A stretch of DNA of 64,000 nucleotides from Trichoplax adhaerens (Eukaryota > Animalia > Placozoa): contig NW_002060950.1 in assembly GCF_000150275.1 (NCBI RefSeq), forward strand, positions 980,106-1,044,105. Reading direction: 5' to 3'. Below, one piece after another: positions 24,505 to 38,800 of this stretch; positions within the stretch are counted from its first letter, which is position 1, and every line of letters starts with the position of its first letter. The notes beneath the pieces were generated by a model, which saw nothing but the letters and a program-made list of their open reading frames with translations, had not been told where the DNA came from and did not search any database. Both the position numbers and the translations under genes were made by a program.

Positions 24505-25528
24505 TTTTCATTGATTAGCCGTTGGTTATAAACTGCTGCCATGCACTGTACGCTGTATACAGTACAGTGGTGCTACAATGGATTTTTACTTGGTTACTGC
24601 AATGGTTAAAATGTGATGATGGACTGTCCAAACTGAAGATGGTATTGTCGATTGCTTGCTACAGTGCCCTTATGTTGGTTTACTGGTGCAATCGCTTGGA
24701 GTTCATATCTACTAATACGATATTAATAATGTTGATTGTAAGTTTGCAAGGCGTAGAGTAAATTATCTTTCAACAAGAGTATAGTCTTTCAGTATTCTAC
24801 CATGGATGTATTATATTGAATAGTACTGTATAGTCGGAAAAAGAATGTGTCGGTTAGTAGCACTATTGAACTAATGGTTGACCAAAGATTGTCCTGAATA
24901 AAAGGTGAATCGATTCTAATTATTAGTATAATGATTATGGCGTTGTTGCTGGTTGTATTTGCCGCATCGTCCGTAGGATTTGCTACTTTTCTACAAGTAC
25001 CTTGGATGGAAAGTACTCTAGTATTAGGACGTAATACCTACTGTATGCTTTGCTAAAATGATTGCAGTACCTTGAGTTACCGTTCTAAGGTGTACTAATT
25101 GTCCAGCGAATTGAAATGAAAAGGGTGTTGTACTCTTTGGAAATAAAACTATCGATGTAGGAGTAAGTAGTGTTATTGCTGTAGTCGATTGATTAATTAA
25201 TTCTTGCTGTAAAGCTTTCTTCCTATTGTGCGGTGTGCACAACAGTACTTGCAGAGTGTTGCCAGCGTATGCTAGATTGTTCTTTTGGAAATTTCTACTT
25301 TGTACCCTATCAATGTATCATCATCCTGTTGCAACTTGAATTTCAAGAGTTATAAGCAATGGTAATGACAGCAGTTGGCTCTCAACTCCTGCCACAATCT
25401 CACTAGGTAAAGGAATAGATGGACTAGTGGTATATAGGATAAGATAGCGTTATCCAACTTGCAATCTTGATCATCAAATCGATGCTCAGCTAAGTTGATC
25501 ATCATACAGTAATGTACAGTATCAAAAA

Positions 25529-26212
25529 GTAAACAATCAACAGCTCTGTGATGTAATTAGCAGTTTGGTAGAGTGCGCAGGTTACGTGGCCAGGCTATAG
25601 TCAAGCACTAGACTGCAAGGTGTCAAGTCGTACCGGTACAACGATAGTGGTACTCAACTGGGTCCCAACCGGTCTCCATCCTTGTTGGACATGACATTAT
25701 GCGCAGGTATGAAGCTACAACTGGATCGTGTGCAATATTACTGGCTACAATTGCATAGTGTAGCTATCCAGTTACTCAATACACCTGCAATGACTACAGC
25801 TCCTGTATCGATAGACGATCAGGGTGTTTTGCAATAACAAGCCGATTCTACACTACGTGACTAACTTCACGTTTCTAGTATAAAGACGTAAACAACCAGG
25901 AAGTACTTGGACACTATGAGTGGTGGTAAACAGTGACGTCAAAATAGAATCTGCTCGATTGTAGGCCGCACTTGCATAGAGTACAGCATATTATGATAGG
26001 GAATAATCTTATGCTGGATCATCCGTCCCAGTTGATTTAGTTTCTCACTACTGTACGATACCCTATATAATGGTATGGATGGCTTACATGTGTCTATTTT
26101 TCGCTGTGATTTCACTGTACAGTACGATACTATACACTGTACACTGTACTCTACTGTACTGTAGTGCAGCTTAACGCGACGTGTTGACCAGTGTTGATAC
26201 CAACTGACGTCA
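25529..26212. promoter_or_regulatory. Candidate divergent promoter with two CRE palindromes and three forkhead motifs
   Basis: TGACGTCA at 25934-25941 and 26205-26212. GTAAACA at 25529, 25888 and 25926, the last 1 bp from the CRE. All lie between the divergent PPP1R3 genes. Confidence 0.5.
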
Positions 26213-27088
26213 CAACCAACAAGGTTAATAATTCAATATAATGTTAATAATTATATTAATTAATCCAGGCTATAGAAATCACTTGGCGGACGTGATGGAG
26301 TGTTTTTGGCCCTAAGGGCAACATGTCCTTTCTTCTGGCTGTCCGTTGTGATCCCATCGATCATGCATTGTCGGCATGCTTAGCCATTGCGTCACAGGTT
26401 GAATAAAAGAAAAAGTTTAAAAGTCAAATAATTTTCAGTAGTGCTTATTCGTCAACCGAAGCCAATGGAAATCATGCCATAGTCATGATCATCGCCATGA
26501 TGTCCAGAATCGTATGAGACTCTTCCATGGATGATTTATCATTTTTCTGATAGACTTTACGATATACCATTGATCGATTATTGATACCTGAAAGAAAGTC
26601 ATCACTCAGCAGACTTACTGACTTGGCTGTCGATTGACTACCGGCATAAATGAGGAAAACAAGATTGGCGAGAAGAAGAAGAAACACGCAAGACAACCTC
26701 TAGGTAGACTGCAATAGACTAGAAATTATCGACAAGTGACTACTCTACCTACTCAGCAGGCGGAACCAACAAGAAGCGATCGGGAATTACCCTCGTTGGC
26801 CGAACCCCTAACGCAACTTGACTTTATTTTTTATTGGATGGTCAGCAAATACCACCGCCAAGATTCCATTAATTGCTTAAGTAAATTATTATTCAAGGTA
26901 AGTTGCAACGGAATGATACGAATTTGTAGACTTTTGCCAATTGTATTTTGACACAATAGCGATTGAATTGTAAGCTATCGTTGGACACTTCCGTTCACCC
27001 AAGGCTAACGATTCTGTGCAAAGAATTAAAACGCATGTACAATCAATCCATTTCAAAGTTTTCTTTCATTTTTGCATTTCTTAGGAGC

Positions 27089-28156
27089 ATGATCTACAGT
27101 GATTCCAATTCTCATAGCAGGCTGCCTATGGAGCGTACTAATCCTACCGATGTTCAGATGCCAATGCAATTTAATCTCGTAAGCAACTTGACCAAAAGAA
27201 ACACTGCCGATGCTATATTACCTTTCGGTCAATTGAACGATTTGGTTGACTGCTTCACTCAAGCTTCATTAACAAGCAGCAACGATGACCAATTGCCCAT
27301 GCGAACGAGCGCTAGTCTTGAGCACAATTTATTAAGTACAACCGTGGATAACAACTTCCAGGCAGAAAAGACGTTACGCCAATGTCATAGCGATAACGAT
27401 ATTCGTCCTCGGAAACCAAAGGTCAAGAAACCCTTTCACAAAAAATCGGTTCGTTTTGCCGACAGCTTAGGCATGCAATTAGTCACCATCTACGAACTAT
27501 CATCGCAATCAGTAGTAGCAGAAAGCAACAATAATTCAAAAGCATCGCCTACTGACGCGACTAAGAACCTTGCGTCCAACCAACATCAGCATCGTCAAAC
27601 GAATTGCTGCACAGAAATACGCAAAGTGAATTTATTCGACTTTAAATGTACTATCGTCGATCAAGCTATGAATAGAAATTATTGTAAATTAAACAAGACG
27701 TTAAAATTATGTTTCGATCAGCCAGCACTGGATAACAATTTCACTTCCAACCTGAAGAAAAATTTTATCCAATTAGAAAAAGTCACACTGAAAGAACAAC
27801 TGCGTGTGATTGGTGATGTGAAAGTTAGAAATATTGCCTATGAAAAAGCTGTCACGGTCCGATATACTTTGGATTCTTGGAAAACATGCAATGACATGGC
27901 TGCTCAATATAAGTGTAGTTCGGAGAATGGTATTGTAGATACTTTCTCCTTCACTTTAACTTTGCCAACTAATTTATTTGTGGAAAAATTAGAATTTGCA
28001 ATCAAGTATGATTGTAATAGTACGTCTTATTGGGACAATAATAATAACCATAATTACGTTATCAAGGTCATTTCAGTAAAAGATGAAAGCGATTCTCGAT
28101 TAAATTCTAGTGGAATGGCACTTTTGAATCATAGAATGAGCCATCATTTCTTATGA
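27089..28156 (+). CDS. PPP1R3: PP1 glycogen-targeting regulatory subunit (PPP1R3B/C/D-like), copy B
   Basis: RVxF KKSVRFADSLG and CBM21 (IQLEKV..GDVKVRNIAYEKAVTVRYTLDSW..DTFSF..EFAIKY..WDNNNNHNY). First ATG at 27089 follows a polypyrimidine/AG acceptor (27084). A donor at 26897|GTAAGT defines a 5'UTR intron. Confidence 0.92.
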   Translation: MIYSDSNSHSRLPMERTNPTDVQMPMQFNLVSNLTKRNTADAILPFGQLNDLVDCFTQASLTSSNDDQLPMRTSASLEHNLLSTTVDNNFQAEKTLRQCHSDNDIRPRKPKVKKPFHKKSVRFADSLGMQLVTIYELSSQSVVAESNNNSKASPTDATKNLASNQHQHRQTNCCTEIRKVNLFDFKCTIVDQAMNRNYCKLNKTLKLCFDQPALDNNFTSNLKKNFIQLEKVTLKEQLRVIGDVKVRNIAYEKAVTVRYTLDSWKTCNDMAAQYKCSSENGIVDTFSFTLTLPTNLFVEKLEFAIKYDCNSTSYWDNNNNHNYVIKVISVKDESDSRLNSSGMALLNHRMSHHFL

Positions 28157-30539
28157 TGATGAATTATTCTCACTTTTGAAGTAAATCAATATCGTTTGAA
28201 AGTACTGCAGCTTTTCTACACTACTTCTTAATCACAATTGCGTACGGAATGTGTGTAAAAAACTTACCGTTGTCAAGATAACTCGATATCTATGAGTATG
28301 ATATCCGAAAGAGGGCTCAATTGCGAAGAGTATTATTCTATAGTTAACCTTGCATTTCTTGTTGCCTACTACTATTCTTTCTTTTCCAATTTATTACCAT
28401 GTATCTAAACAACATATAATAAATAACTGGATATTTATTAATTCATAGTAAACTGTACAGTCTATCATTTGTCAATTGCATCTGTATTTGTGTTCGCTTA
28501 CGGTACGATGAAGTAAAATGATCAACGTCAAGCTAAAAAATTGAAATGCAAAGGACTAAAGTTGATTCATTGAACTGTCCGTACACGCAGGCAACTGTAA
28601 CCACAGTCAAAAGAGATTGAACTATTATCATCATTATCGTAACCATAAATCATTTAGAGTACTTAAGACGTTTATACAGCGCTTGGCGCTTAACTTGATG
28701 TTTTCAAGACTCTCTAAAACTAATTTCAGCCACGACTTTACTGTCTTGTTTTACTTTTTTGATGTAAATGGCTCAAGCCAAAGTGAATAAAAAAACGTTT
28801 TCTTCTATGGGCTACAGCTTGTGAACCACTTTAACTTTTTCTTTATTTGAAAACCATGGATACACGTATTCAAAATTTTTTCTCACCTCCATAGTCGAAT
28901 TAGTGTAACGTCTTATGCTATACAATGTACCAAGAAGCTCTCAGGTAAAAAGTTTCTCCCCAAATTTGCCGGTCCTCAAGGGTTTGGATAAAGAATATGC
29001 AGGAAAATAATTGGCTTGTACGTGATTGACTTACAAGACACAATAATAACAATAATAACTATAGATGACGTATTGATTCGGTAACAATCCCAACTTGTTC
29101 CTATTGTACATTAATTCAATACATGGCGGTTATTCAAACAAATTTAGCGCAACTGGCATCATCGTTCCTATTGTCTACCAATGTTCCTGTCTTTGTTTTC
29201 ATTTGTTTCTATTCAATGACTACAATAAATAACGTATGATGATGAGTTAACGGTCATCGGTATGAAATTAGGATAAAAAATTTTTTTTGTCAGCATGAGT
29301 GCTGAACCTCATTAGGGAACCATATTGATTACCTTGTGGATAGATCATGTTGTCGATCAATGTTCAAATCATTGCAAGATTGGAACACCTTGACGTCCAA
29401 TCTGATACTAGACTTTAATTAGACCTTTTACCTTTAATTTTATTTTTTTTTTTTGGCTGTGGGCAGTGAATGAGGTTGAGACAGATCGTAGGCTTACGGT
29501 ATCATTTTAGTCATCATGTCTACGATAGTAGACTATGCTGCTAGCTGTAATTAAATTACAGTACAACAATTAATCCTCTGTCATTTACTGTACAGCGTGA
29601 ACAGTGGACATTTGTTAACGCTGTTTTAACAATTGTAGCATTCATCGATTTATTTGTTTATTTATTAAATTGTCATTAAATTTGGGGGATAAGAATCGAC
29701 TAGCGGATCAGTATGGTATCAATCAGTGATAGCTACCATAAACAAAGTCAAATTATATGCATGCTGTGAGCTGAAGTAGACGGTGGCGTAAATGTATCAC
29801 GGACGACTAAAAGAAAGAAACTGTATTCTGCCAATTTATGCGACTATTATTATGACTGGACAATCGATTGATTAAAGAATGTGAAAGTATGCATTTTACA
29901 ACTATTGAAATGAAAGCTTATTATTCCGGGGTGGCGTGTCGATATGTTGTACAGTACAAGCTGTTCTTGATGAGTGCATTGAAAAAAAAAAAATCGTCGT
30001 AGCCCGTCAATGCTTTTATACTTTATGATCAACGAACGCTGTGACAATATCTTTAAATTACTCAGCTAAAGGCTTGTATCATTAATTCATGATGCTAGTG
30101 CTTTTAAATAAATAATTATAAAAGGAAAATTACGAATGTTATGACATAGGCTGATTTAAATTAATTTGCGATACTTAACTAGAGGATTATCAACTAATCG
30201 TAACAATGTATGGCTCTCAATCATGGGGCTACAATACTTGTATACCGTGTACGGGACGATTTTATCGATTTTGAACTGAAATAGATAAACTGTTCAAACT
30301 ATCTTGAGTGCATGTAATGCACTTATATGAGAGGCGATCTTATCTAATATCTTCTGCAGTTATTAATATCGACGTGTTTACTATCTATACAGTACTCTAC
30401 GGTCTGCATGTACAGTATTAATTATATACATATAAATCATATATGGTATTAGATTACTCATATACATACGTGAATACCGTTTTAGTCACGCATCATTAAT
30501 GGACAAATTATTTGCTTTAACCAAATTGAATCATTCTTA

Positions 30540-31360
30540 AGAAGGGTTAAATATTCTGACACCCAATATTTATGCCCCATGATTACTAAATGTTGCCTCT
30601 AGTTACATATTAGCTATCATCGTCCTATCGTATTAGCTACCAATTAACACGGCACATATAGTTGTTTAAGTCCGAATGATATAAGGATGAAGATATAGAG
30701 GCCAATTAAATTGACAATGGATTGAATTGGCAAGTAATGCCTGTAGGTAAGATATCTGCATTTGAGAATATGAAATAATGTTGGCATTGTGAATTTTTCT
30801 TCGCACTGCATAATACTTCACTTGTTATATTCTTCTTATATAGAGTGACAAGTAACAATCCACCAGGAGCAATTGCTTCTGTAATTATAATTAGTATCGC
30901 TATTGTATAGTTCTCATTTTGTGTGATAATCTAGGAGAGTAGCGATGGCTATAGCTGTGCTTGAACAGCATAATTTACTGTGGTGCTGCAGCTTGAAAAG
31001 AACAGACGAATATGTAAAGCGAACATTTTCCTCCAAAACATACTCGTATCTAGCTGTATAGAATTTCTCTATTGTCCGCTCAGTAACTATTTGACTGAAT
31101 CCAATTAAGCTTATAGCACCAATTACCCATTTTGATACAATACTACTATCGAGTCTGCACTCAGCATACGGTACGTATAAAGTAAAGTAACAGGCATTAT
31201 GCACAATATTCTACGTGTACAATATAATACACTATAACGCTCTGAACATTTTATCGTCCAAATTAGTTAACAGACGATCGGATAGTTACTACTGTAATTA
31301 AGAAGATTGATCCTGTAAGCCAGATAGTTGGTATAACATGCAATAGATGATGTAGTCTTT
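30540..31360 (-). pseudogene. Possible decayed class A (rhodopsin-like) GPCR
   Basis: Hydrophobic segments in TM order: TIWLTGSIFLITVV; CRLD...WVIGAISLIGFSQIV (TM3-like); YTIAILIIITEAIAPGGLLLVTLY (TM5-like); SIVNLIGLYIFILISFG (TM6-like); IFNP (TM7-like). Frameshifted. Confidence 0.33.
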
Positions 31361-32529
31361 CTTCTCGTAGCCAGTGGCTATGATGACAATGCTGATATTA
31401 TATATGCTATACTAATAGGCAAGAACGATCGTCCAAATTTGAACAACCAACTCTATGCTCACTGATACAACAATGTGTAATGCTGGTATGGTAAAGTGCA
31501 GCATTATGATCATTCCCATGCTGCATTTCATTATGATTAACTGATTGCACTAAAATTAATTATTGCATGCTTCAAAACACAGAAAATGCAAGTGTCTAAG
31601 TTCAAGTTCAATTATTGAAATATACTATATTTATCGTTGCTACCATCTCAACCACAACTTTTATAAGATTAATCCAACTAACAAATAGTTATATAAGGAA
31701 ATACTGCACTGCATAGACCAACTATAAAACATAAATTAATGATTTCTCTAAAAACAACGCATAAATTATTAGGACACTTAGAGAATCCTACGTTATCCGA
31801 TAATACTATCGTAATTAGATTTCATATAAGATCGCTACACTGTACCAAGGGGTTCCAACTGGAATTAATAATGAAAAGTTAATGTATTTGATAAAACAGA
31901 TCTGTGACGACGACATAAAAACTGTCTTATAAATAAGATATCCAACATGATAATAATGGCATACGTATGTCCAATTTCTGATACACAATATAGAAGAATT
32001 AAGACAGTATATAAATTCAAAATAGCAAATAATGCCAAATGGACGAATAATATTCATCGGCTAAAAAAGAAAGGGATTAGCAATAAATTAAGTGAAATAA
32101 ATTTAAATAATAACTTTTCTGAAGTGAAAATACAGAAAATTCTAGATATAGAGATACTAAATAAGCACAGACCAAATAGAGAGATGACTGCACATAAAAA
32201 TTTGAATGTATACTGCATATCTTTTGGATCACTAATAAATAATACAGTATGACGAGTAAATACATAGAGCAAGAAGTGTCTATAAAATTAAAAGGTTCGA
32301 AAAGAACGAGTGTAAAACAGAAATTTGATGACAAATAAACAAGCTTCACAGCTTATATAACTATCCTTATAAGGTTTTGTTTTTAAACGTAAAAAGTGTA
32401 ACCGTTGATAGCTGTGTGTACGAAAATATTAATCAACCAGCTTTTGCTTCTAATGTATTTACTTGTAAAACATCATACTATGCCAAATATGAAAGAATCA
32501 GAATATCAATATATAAACATATATATATG

Positions 32530-32541
32530 ATAATAATAATG

Positions 32542-32607
<66 letters not shown>

Positions 32608-32632
32608 TTAATAAGAATAATAATAATAATAA
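32530..32632. repeat. (TAA)n microsatellite in the probable CPEB 3'UTR
   Basis: About 33 near-perfect TAA units. This explains the poly-Ile ORF 32377-32637. Confidence 0.95.
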
Positions 32633-32892
32633 TTTAAAATGTGCAACTCGCATTAAACTCTACATATCATAAAAGCACATCAAAAACTAGTTAAGTTACA
32701 AAGATACTTGCATTAAATTTAATTCTCACCAAACATAGAATAGAAAAAGAGACAAAAATGGTAGAAAAAACTAATTAACGAAGATTATGATCAAATTTTC
32801 ACTACAGGAAACTTGGTAAGAAGAATTTTGGTAACAGAAAAAATGGAAAAGATAAGAAAGAAAAGTTTAACTTGGCTAATAATTTCTCTTTT

Positions 32893-35800
32893 TTAACTCC
32901 ATCGAAATGGGACAGTTCGAGGACGATCACCACCCTCCTTAACTAAAGGCTTATGAAATTCTTTTCCCTGGCGTGAATGATTCATAGCCCAACAATGTTC
33001 GCAATAATATTGCAAGCAGGTAACATTAGAGCAAAAGAAAGGAGCAAATTTTCCGCCACATCGTGCTCCTTGGCAATGATCGCACATTTGGTCATCTAAA
33101 ACATACGGCTTAACTTCGACCTACATAGGAGATTATTTATAAATTATTTGATGAACATCAATATTTCAATCAACACCTAGATAGTAATGCTAAATAGTTC
33201 GGCTACAATAATGGTATGTAGAGTGCGCCATCACCTTGCGGTTTATTACATAGAGTTAAAAGTAAATTGTTGATATATACCAATATACTATATATGGTGT
33301 TATTGTGCATAATTTAGCATCGTACCCTTTTATCAATATCTCCATGTTGTAGCTGAACAAAGCGGGCGCTAATGGCAGCAATGTAACTCTGTTGATTTGA
33401 AAAAGCAACACGTCCAGCACCTTTAGGATACTTCAACTCCGGATCGGTATCAATTCCAGCATAGCAAACACCACCATAGAAATCGTTCATAATCTTAGCT
33501 AGCTCGCCTAAGAAAGGATTGAATTAATTATAGCTTATTATACTATTTGTATTTGTTGATTTTAGTCAAATGACCATGAAATCCATATTTTTCTGTAATT
33601 TTCCCAATTATTTACTTACATGCACGAAGTGGACGAGGCACACCGCCAACAAAAATTGTCTTCCTTGGATCGAGCGGTTTCGAATTATCCATAACAAAAT
33701 CGCTATCGGATAGATTCCAAGGTCGAATTTGAACCTAGTATTTTGATGAATAAAGTTTGACAGAATAGAGTAACAACTGTTAGTAAAGATGATGATTACA
33801 GGTTTACTACGTCGTTTATCCTTCCCTTTTAACGTGTACTTACAGGTTTATGCTTGATGGTTGGACTTGAGACATACATAAACAATTTATCATCATCACG
33901 AACACACGACTCTATCAATTTCTGAACAGAGACTTCTTCCTCAAATAATAAGAAAGCGTATCCTAATGGCGATAAAATAGAATTTTTAAAATAATTTGTT
34001 ACAATGATGATAGGTAGAAATTATTGCTGTACTATATATTAGACACTATAGAGTGTATAGTGGATGATTAATAGGATAAAATGTGACTTTTTACCTTTTG
34101 GAGGAAAGTAAGATTTACTTTCAGCTTTATGTGGCCAATCAACTGTAAGAGGGCCAAACCGACAAAAGGAATTGTGGATTTCATCTAGATTTAAAATTAA
34201 AGTTAAGCAATCATGTTATGTCAATGAATGGTGATTAACAGCAGTTTTAAGATTGAATTGGGATCGCTATCGCTATCTTTTACTACCTTCATCGATATCT
34301 GGAGGTAAGCCACCAACGAATACTTTGCGAGAAAAACGCTCGGTATGATCTCCTCCTCCTCCTCTTACATTATTATCCATTAAGTGTAAAGGTCTAATAG
34401 GAGAGATTCTTTGATCATTTATAGCAGTTGGATCTTCCAGTCCTCTATCAATGCCTTGATTTGTAGGAAAGAATGTCTTATCTAAATGGAAGATGAGTAT
34501 TTCTATTATTTGTGATGGAATTAAACTTTAATGTAGTATCCATCGTAAAATTGTGGACCCATAATTCAAAATCGACAACTACTAGAACTGCAATTAATAA
34601 GTATCGATAGCCACAGCAAGATACTAGCAACATCTTTCAATATTTGGTCCTGTACCGTAGTTCTATTCTATAATTTATTGAAATTTGGCTATCCAGTAAT
34701 AGCCTTAAAGTAGATAATATGACTCAAAGAGGTAATAGATGAATCCAATCGGAAATAATCACGCGACATGCTATTGTATTACTCGCCATAATACTTGTTA
34801 TTTTTGAGCTGGTATAATTATTTTTACACACAATAGATAGGCATTACGCCATATATATCAGTATATTCAAATGTTTTAGTTTAAAAATATGGCAAGATAC
34901 TGGCTACTCTCTAGATTTAATCCAACCAATTAAAGTTTATAGTGAGTAAAAGATGTAACTTTACCTTAACGCTATCATCTGATCATTATAAGCTACCCTA
35001 CATGTACGTATTAAACTAGTGTTAATCTTAGTTTTTTATCTGTTTTATAACTAGTCGACATAGGAAGTGAACCGTAGTTGTTAACAGCATGGACAAACGG
35101 TAAGTATGAGTACTTGTTAAAACATTTTTTTTCCGCTATCAATGTACATTGAAGTTTAATTTCTACAGTCTATTGGTGAATATTATCGCTTAAACTACTC
35201 CACTATCGTTATAAAATAATAATAATAGAATCTAGAGAAATAGACAAAAGATTCTATTCGATCGATCATCCAAATTCTATTCCAAAATTAAAACAATAAA
35301 TATATATTGGAATAATCCGACGCCAACGCCAACTCGATTATAAATGGAAGAAAGAAATTTTTACCTCTTGTATGTTCGTCAGGTGTTGGAGATTCAATAA
35401 TACCCATTAGGTTATTCTCTAGAGTCGGAAATTTCATGTCTGCCGATTTTGTCTACAAGATAAAAAAAAAAGAAGCAATACCCTTGGATATTAATTAAAT
35501 GAATCTAATAGTAGCACCTCAATAATAAACAAAAGCTATCTTGATTATACAATATCTTCTATAGAGTAAAGGCATGAATTTAAAGGGGAAAAAAAAAACT
35601 ATCATGTCTAGATATAATATATTCAACTTCTCTATAGTATTTATTCGACTTTGAAAACATTCACTTGGTTATTAATTTGATGACGATAGAGAAATAACTA
35701 TAAATAAGATGGTTGAAAATTCACTACAAGGAGTCAGTAGAGAGTGAATAAGATTAATAAAATATCATTTCATTCTTCATTTCTATTCTATAGTCAATGA

Positions 35801-38800
35801 ATTGTTATTGCCATTGACATTCTTGACTAAAGCTCGAGGCAATAGGCAATAAAAGATAATTGATCAATTATTAATCAATGCTTTTCAGTTCATTTTTTAC
35901 CCTTATGTACACTATTTTCAAGTGTATGCAATTGGAAAATGTATAATATCCAAAGAAGAAAAGGTTATAACGACGACAATTTGATATTGAGTAGAACGAC
36001 TGAATTAATACAGATTAAGGGTAATATGGAATAAGAAAACATTTCGATTGCAGAATTGATATCCATTTAACTGTGTACAATCTAACATTGAAAGTCTAAT
36101 ATTTGTTTATTAGCATTAAAAATAACCTATTACCGATCAGAAAGAATTGTTATTGAGTGATTCTCCAGCACAACAATACAACAATTTATATAGGATGCTA
36201 TCTTAATTTTTTCTAATTGAAGTATCTGTCCTAATGCAACTCTCTATTTGGCCATTGTTCCAATCAATTTTTTATTCTTTTCATACGAGTAAAAGGGAGA
36301 TCCAACCGAGGGATAGAGAGCGCAAGAGTTATAATATTGATCATCTATCTTTTACTGTCATGTAAAGTAGCGTAGTCCTATTTTGGCATCATTGCTACAA
36401 CAATTCAATTTTATCAACATAAGGTCCAATAGAGTGAGAAAACAATATTCTTGTCTCTTTCACTCATTCTCGAATTGCTGTACAGTAATAGACAGTCTAA
36501 TTGAACTTTTACTTTGGTTGTATCATGTCGATTGTGAAATTCAATCGGTTCGATAAACTGGCCAAGTAGGAAAATAAATTAATCATCGTTTTATTTCCAT
36601 ATAGAACGGAAATGAGATTTACTGTTAGTTCATAGTTGTAGTCGTCAAATTTTCATTCCAATGCTAAATTAAGCTTGATATCTGTACATTGCTCTCTAAC
36701 TGTCAATAAAAAGTGATCTATTTGCGCCTTCTTATAGAAGAGAATTGAAATTGACCATTGAACCTCTCCAAGTCTTACAATATCATCAATTTCCCTGTAG
36801 CATTAACTTTGATCCTTTATCATCCAATTTTCTTGGCGTATTCTAATCCTCAAAGTCTTGTGAATACTGTCGAAGAAATACTGAAATTTTACCAGTTCAC
36901 CAACCTTCGTTCTAAATTAATACTAATATCGATAGGAATTAACTTCAATCTACTGTACAATAAATTTTACGAGCTCTCATCATTCCATTCTTGTAATGAG
37001 AAGAAAAGAAATTGACCATTGTGCCTATCTTAGTCCTAGAATAGCCATTGCGATATGACATCAAGTCTGATATATTTGCCAAAAAATATCAAGCTTCTAC
37101 AAGTGAAATTTTACCATTGCATGTAATCTTAGTCCTGGAATAACCAACAGCTAATCAAGTCTGATATCTTTGTAAGAAACGTTCAAGTTGTATAGTGTAA
37201 TCATCCATTTCTCATATACTGTACTTTATAAGTGAAATTGCACCATTACACCTATATTAGTTGTACAAATATCCATTGGGTTATTCCAATGTAAGAGTAA
37301 GTTTGATAGTCATGTTTATTCAAGTGATCTTTCTTGCCCTACTATTTTTACATCCCTAACCGTTATTATAATATGTGGAAGAGAAATAAGATATTTACAG
37401 GTTAGTCGTAGATCAGCAGTTGATGATGCTGTTGAATGGGATGTTGGTTATGATACCTGACAATTATCCATTTTCAAGGACATATCATGAGTAAATTAAT
37501 GTTTTCAAAAAAGAGAGAGATAAATAGGGAATGAGAAAGGAAAGATAGTATAACTAGAATTCTTATTAGCTTGATTACTCAAATCAAGGTATTATCGGGT
37601 CAAAAGTGGACAATGTGATTTTGATGAAATCACGTCTTGATTCTACATCGTTCATTTTGGTTCTATGGTATACAAAGTCAAAATAGAGTATTTTCAATAT
37701 AAAGATGATAATGATGGTGGCAAAAAGGGTTTCAGCATGCATACGGCTCTAGTCCACTAGAATTAAAGTTATACCAATGATATCAATTTGTTAAAACATG
37801 ATTATAGATATGACATGAACATGGCAGTATTAATACCCACTACTGCCGAATCTGCATGATTTCAACGTTAGATTTTAGTGAAGAAGAGGAGTGATGTTAG
37901 GCTTGAAAGAGGAAAAAGTAATATTAGCTTGATTCCAATCTGAATAGTTCTTTTACAGTTTCGATACGATTTAGTTCCATTCAAAAAATATCTCTGCAAT
38001 ATAAGAAAGATCGGGGAGGCTAGAATTGGCACTCATCTATGTCAAGATAGTTGCAACTAGGCTCGATTACGTTAAGAAGAATGGATGAAAAGTTATCCAT
38101 ATTGACCGTGACAAGATCGAGCATCTTAAGCTAGCCTTGAATGGATGAGAAGATTTGTTTCCATCAACGCGATCACAACTAGCTTGGCGAAGAAAACTAC
38201 ATCAAGTCTTAAGGTAGTAAATTGGACATGGAAGTCTATCAATCATGGACTTGTAGCGTTAAAAAAAATGATGATATTGTACAAGATCACGCCATCATTA
38301 AACCATCTTCTAAGGAAATACAGTTATTGCATTATTGCTTTAGCAAGCATCACCTGCACTACTCTATAACATACTGTATAAGGAATGTAAGGCTATCCTG
38401 AAAAATAGATTCATCCAAGTGGATTTGTCTTTTTTATTATTTTATCCATCTTCGTTATAAAGGATTTGGTCGAATAACTTGATAAATGTCTGTACTCTTC
38501 AAATTGGCTTCTTGTCGTCATTGTATGGTTTGCATTTTCATGGATTGCAGTAAGGTAGGTATCCATGGAAGAAAATGAGATTGTCATCAACAGCGATGGC
38601 TCTCTATCATCCACCTAATTGATATTCATGGACACAAATTGAATGTCTATACGGTATATCTCCTTGGATGATTCTTTACAAGCATTTACTGTATAATTAT
38701 CAACACCGATGGCCAGCCCTATCGATCATCCCATTGGCATCACGGCAATATTTCGATGTCCTTTGCCGGCTTCCATCAAGTTATCCATCCTTTATGGTAT

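Noticed and set aside
26963-27088. N-terminal extension of PPP1R3 copy B from a TTG start
   Set aside because: It lies in the predicted 5'UTR intron (donor 26897, acceptor 27084).
28680-28990. Minus-strand KPLRTGKFGE / VAEISFRES*KHQ as another kinase relic
   Set aside because: Only two weak motifs; not distinguishable from chance by eye.
32377-32637. Poly-Ile ORF
   Set aside because: Translation of the (TAA)n microsatellite.
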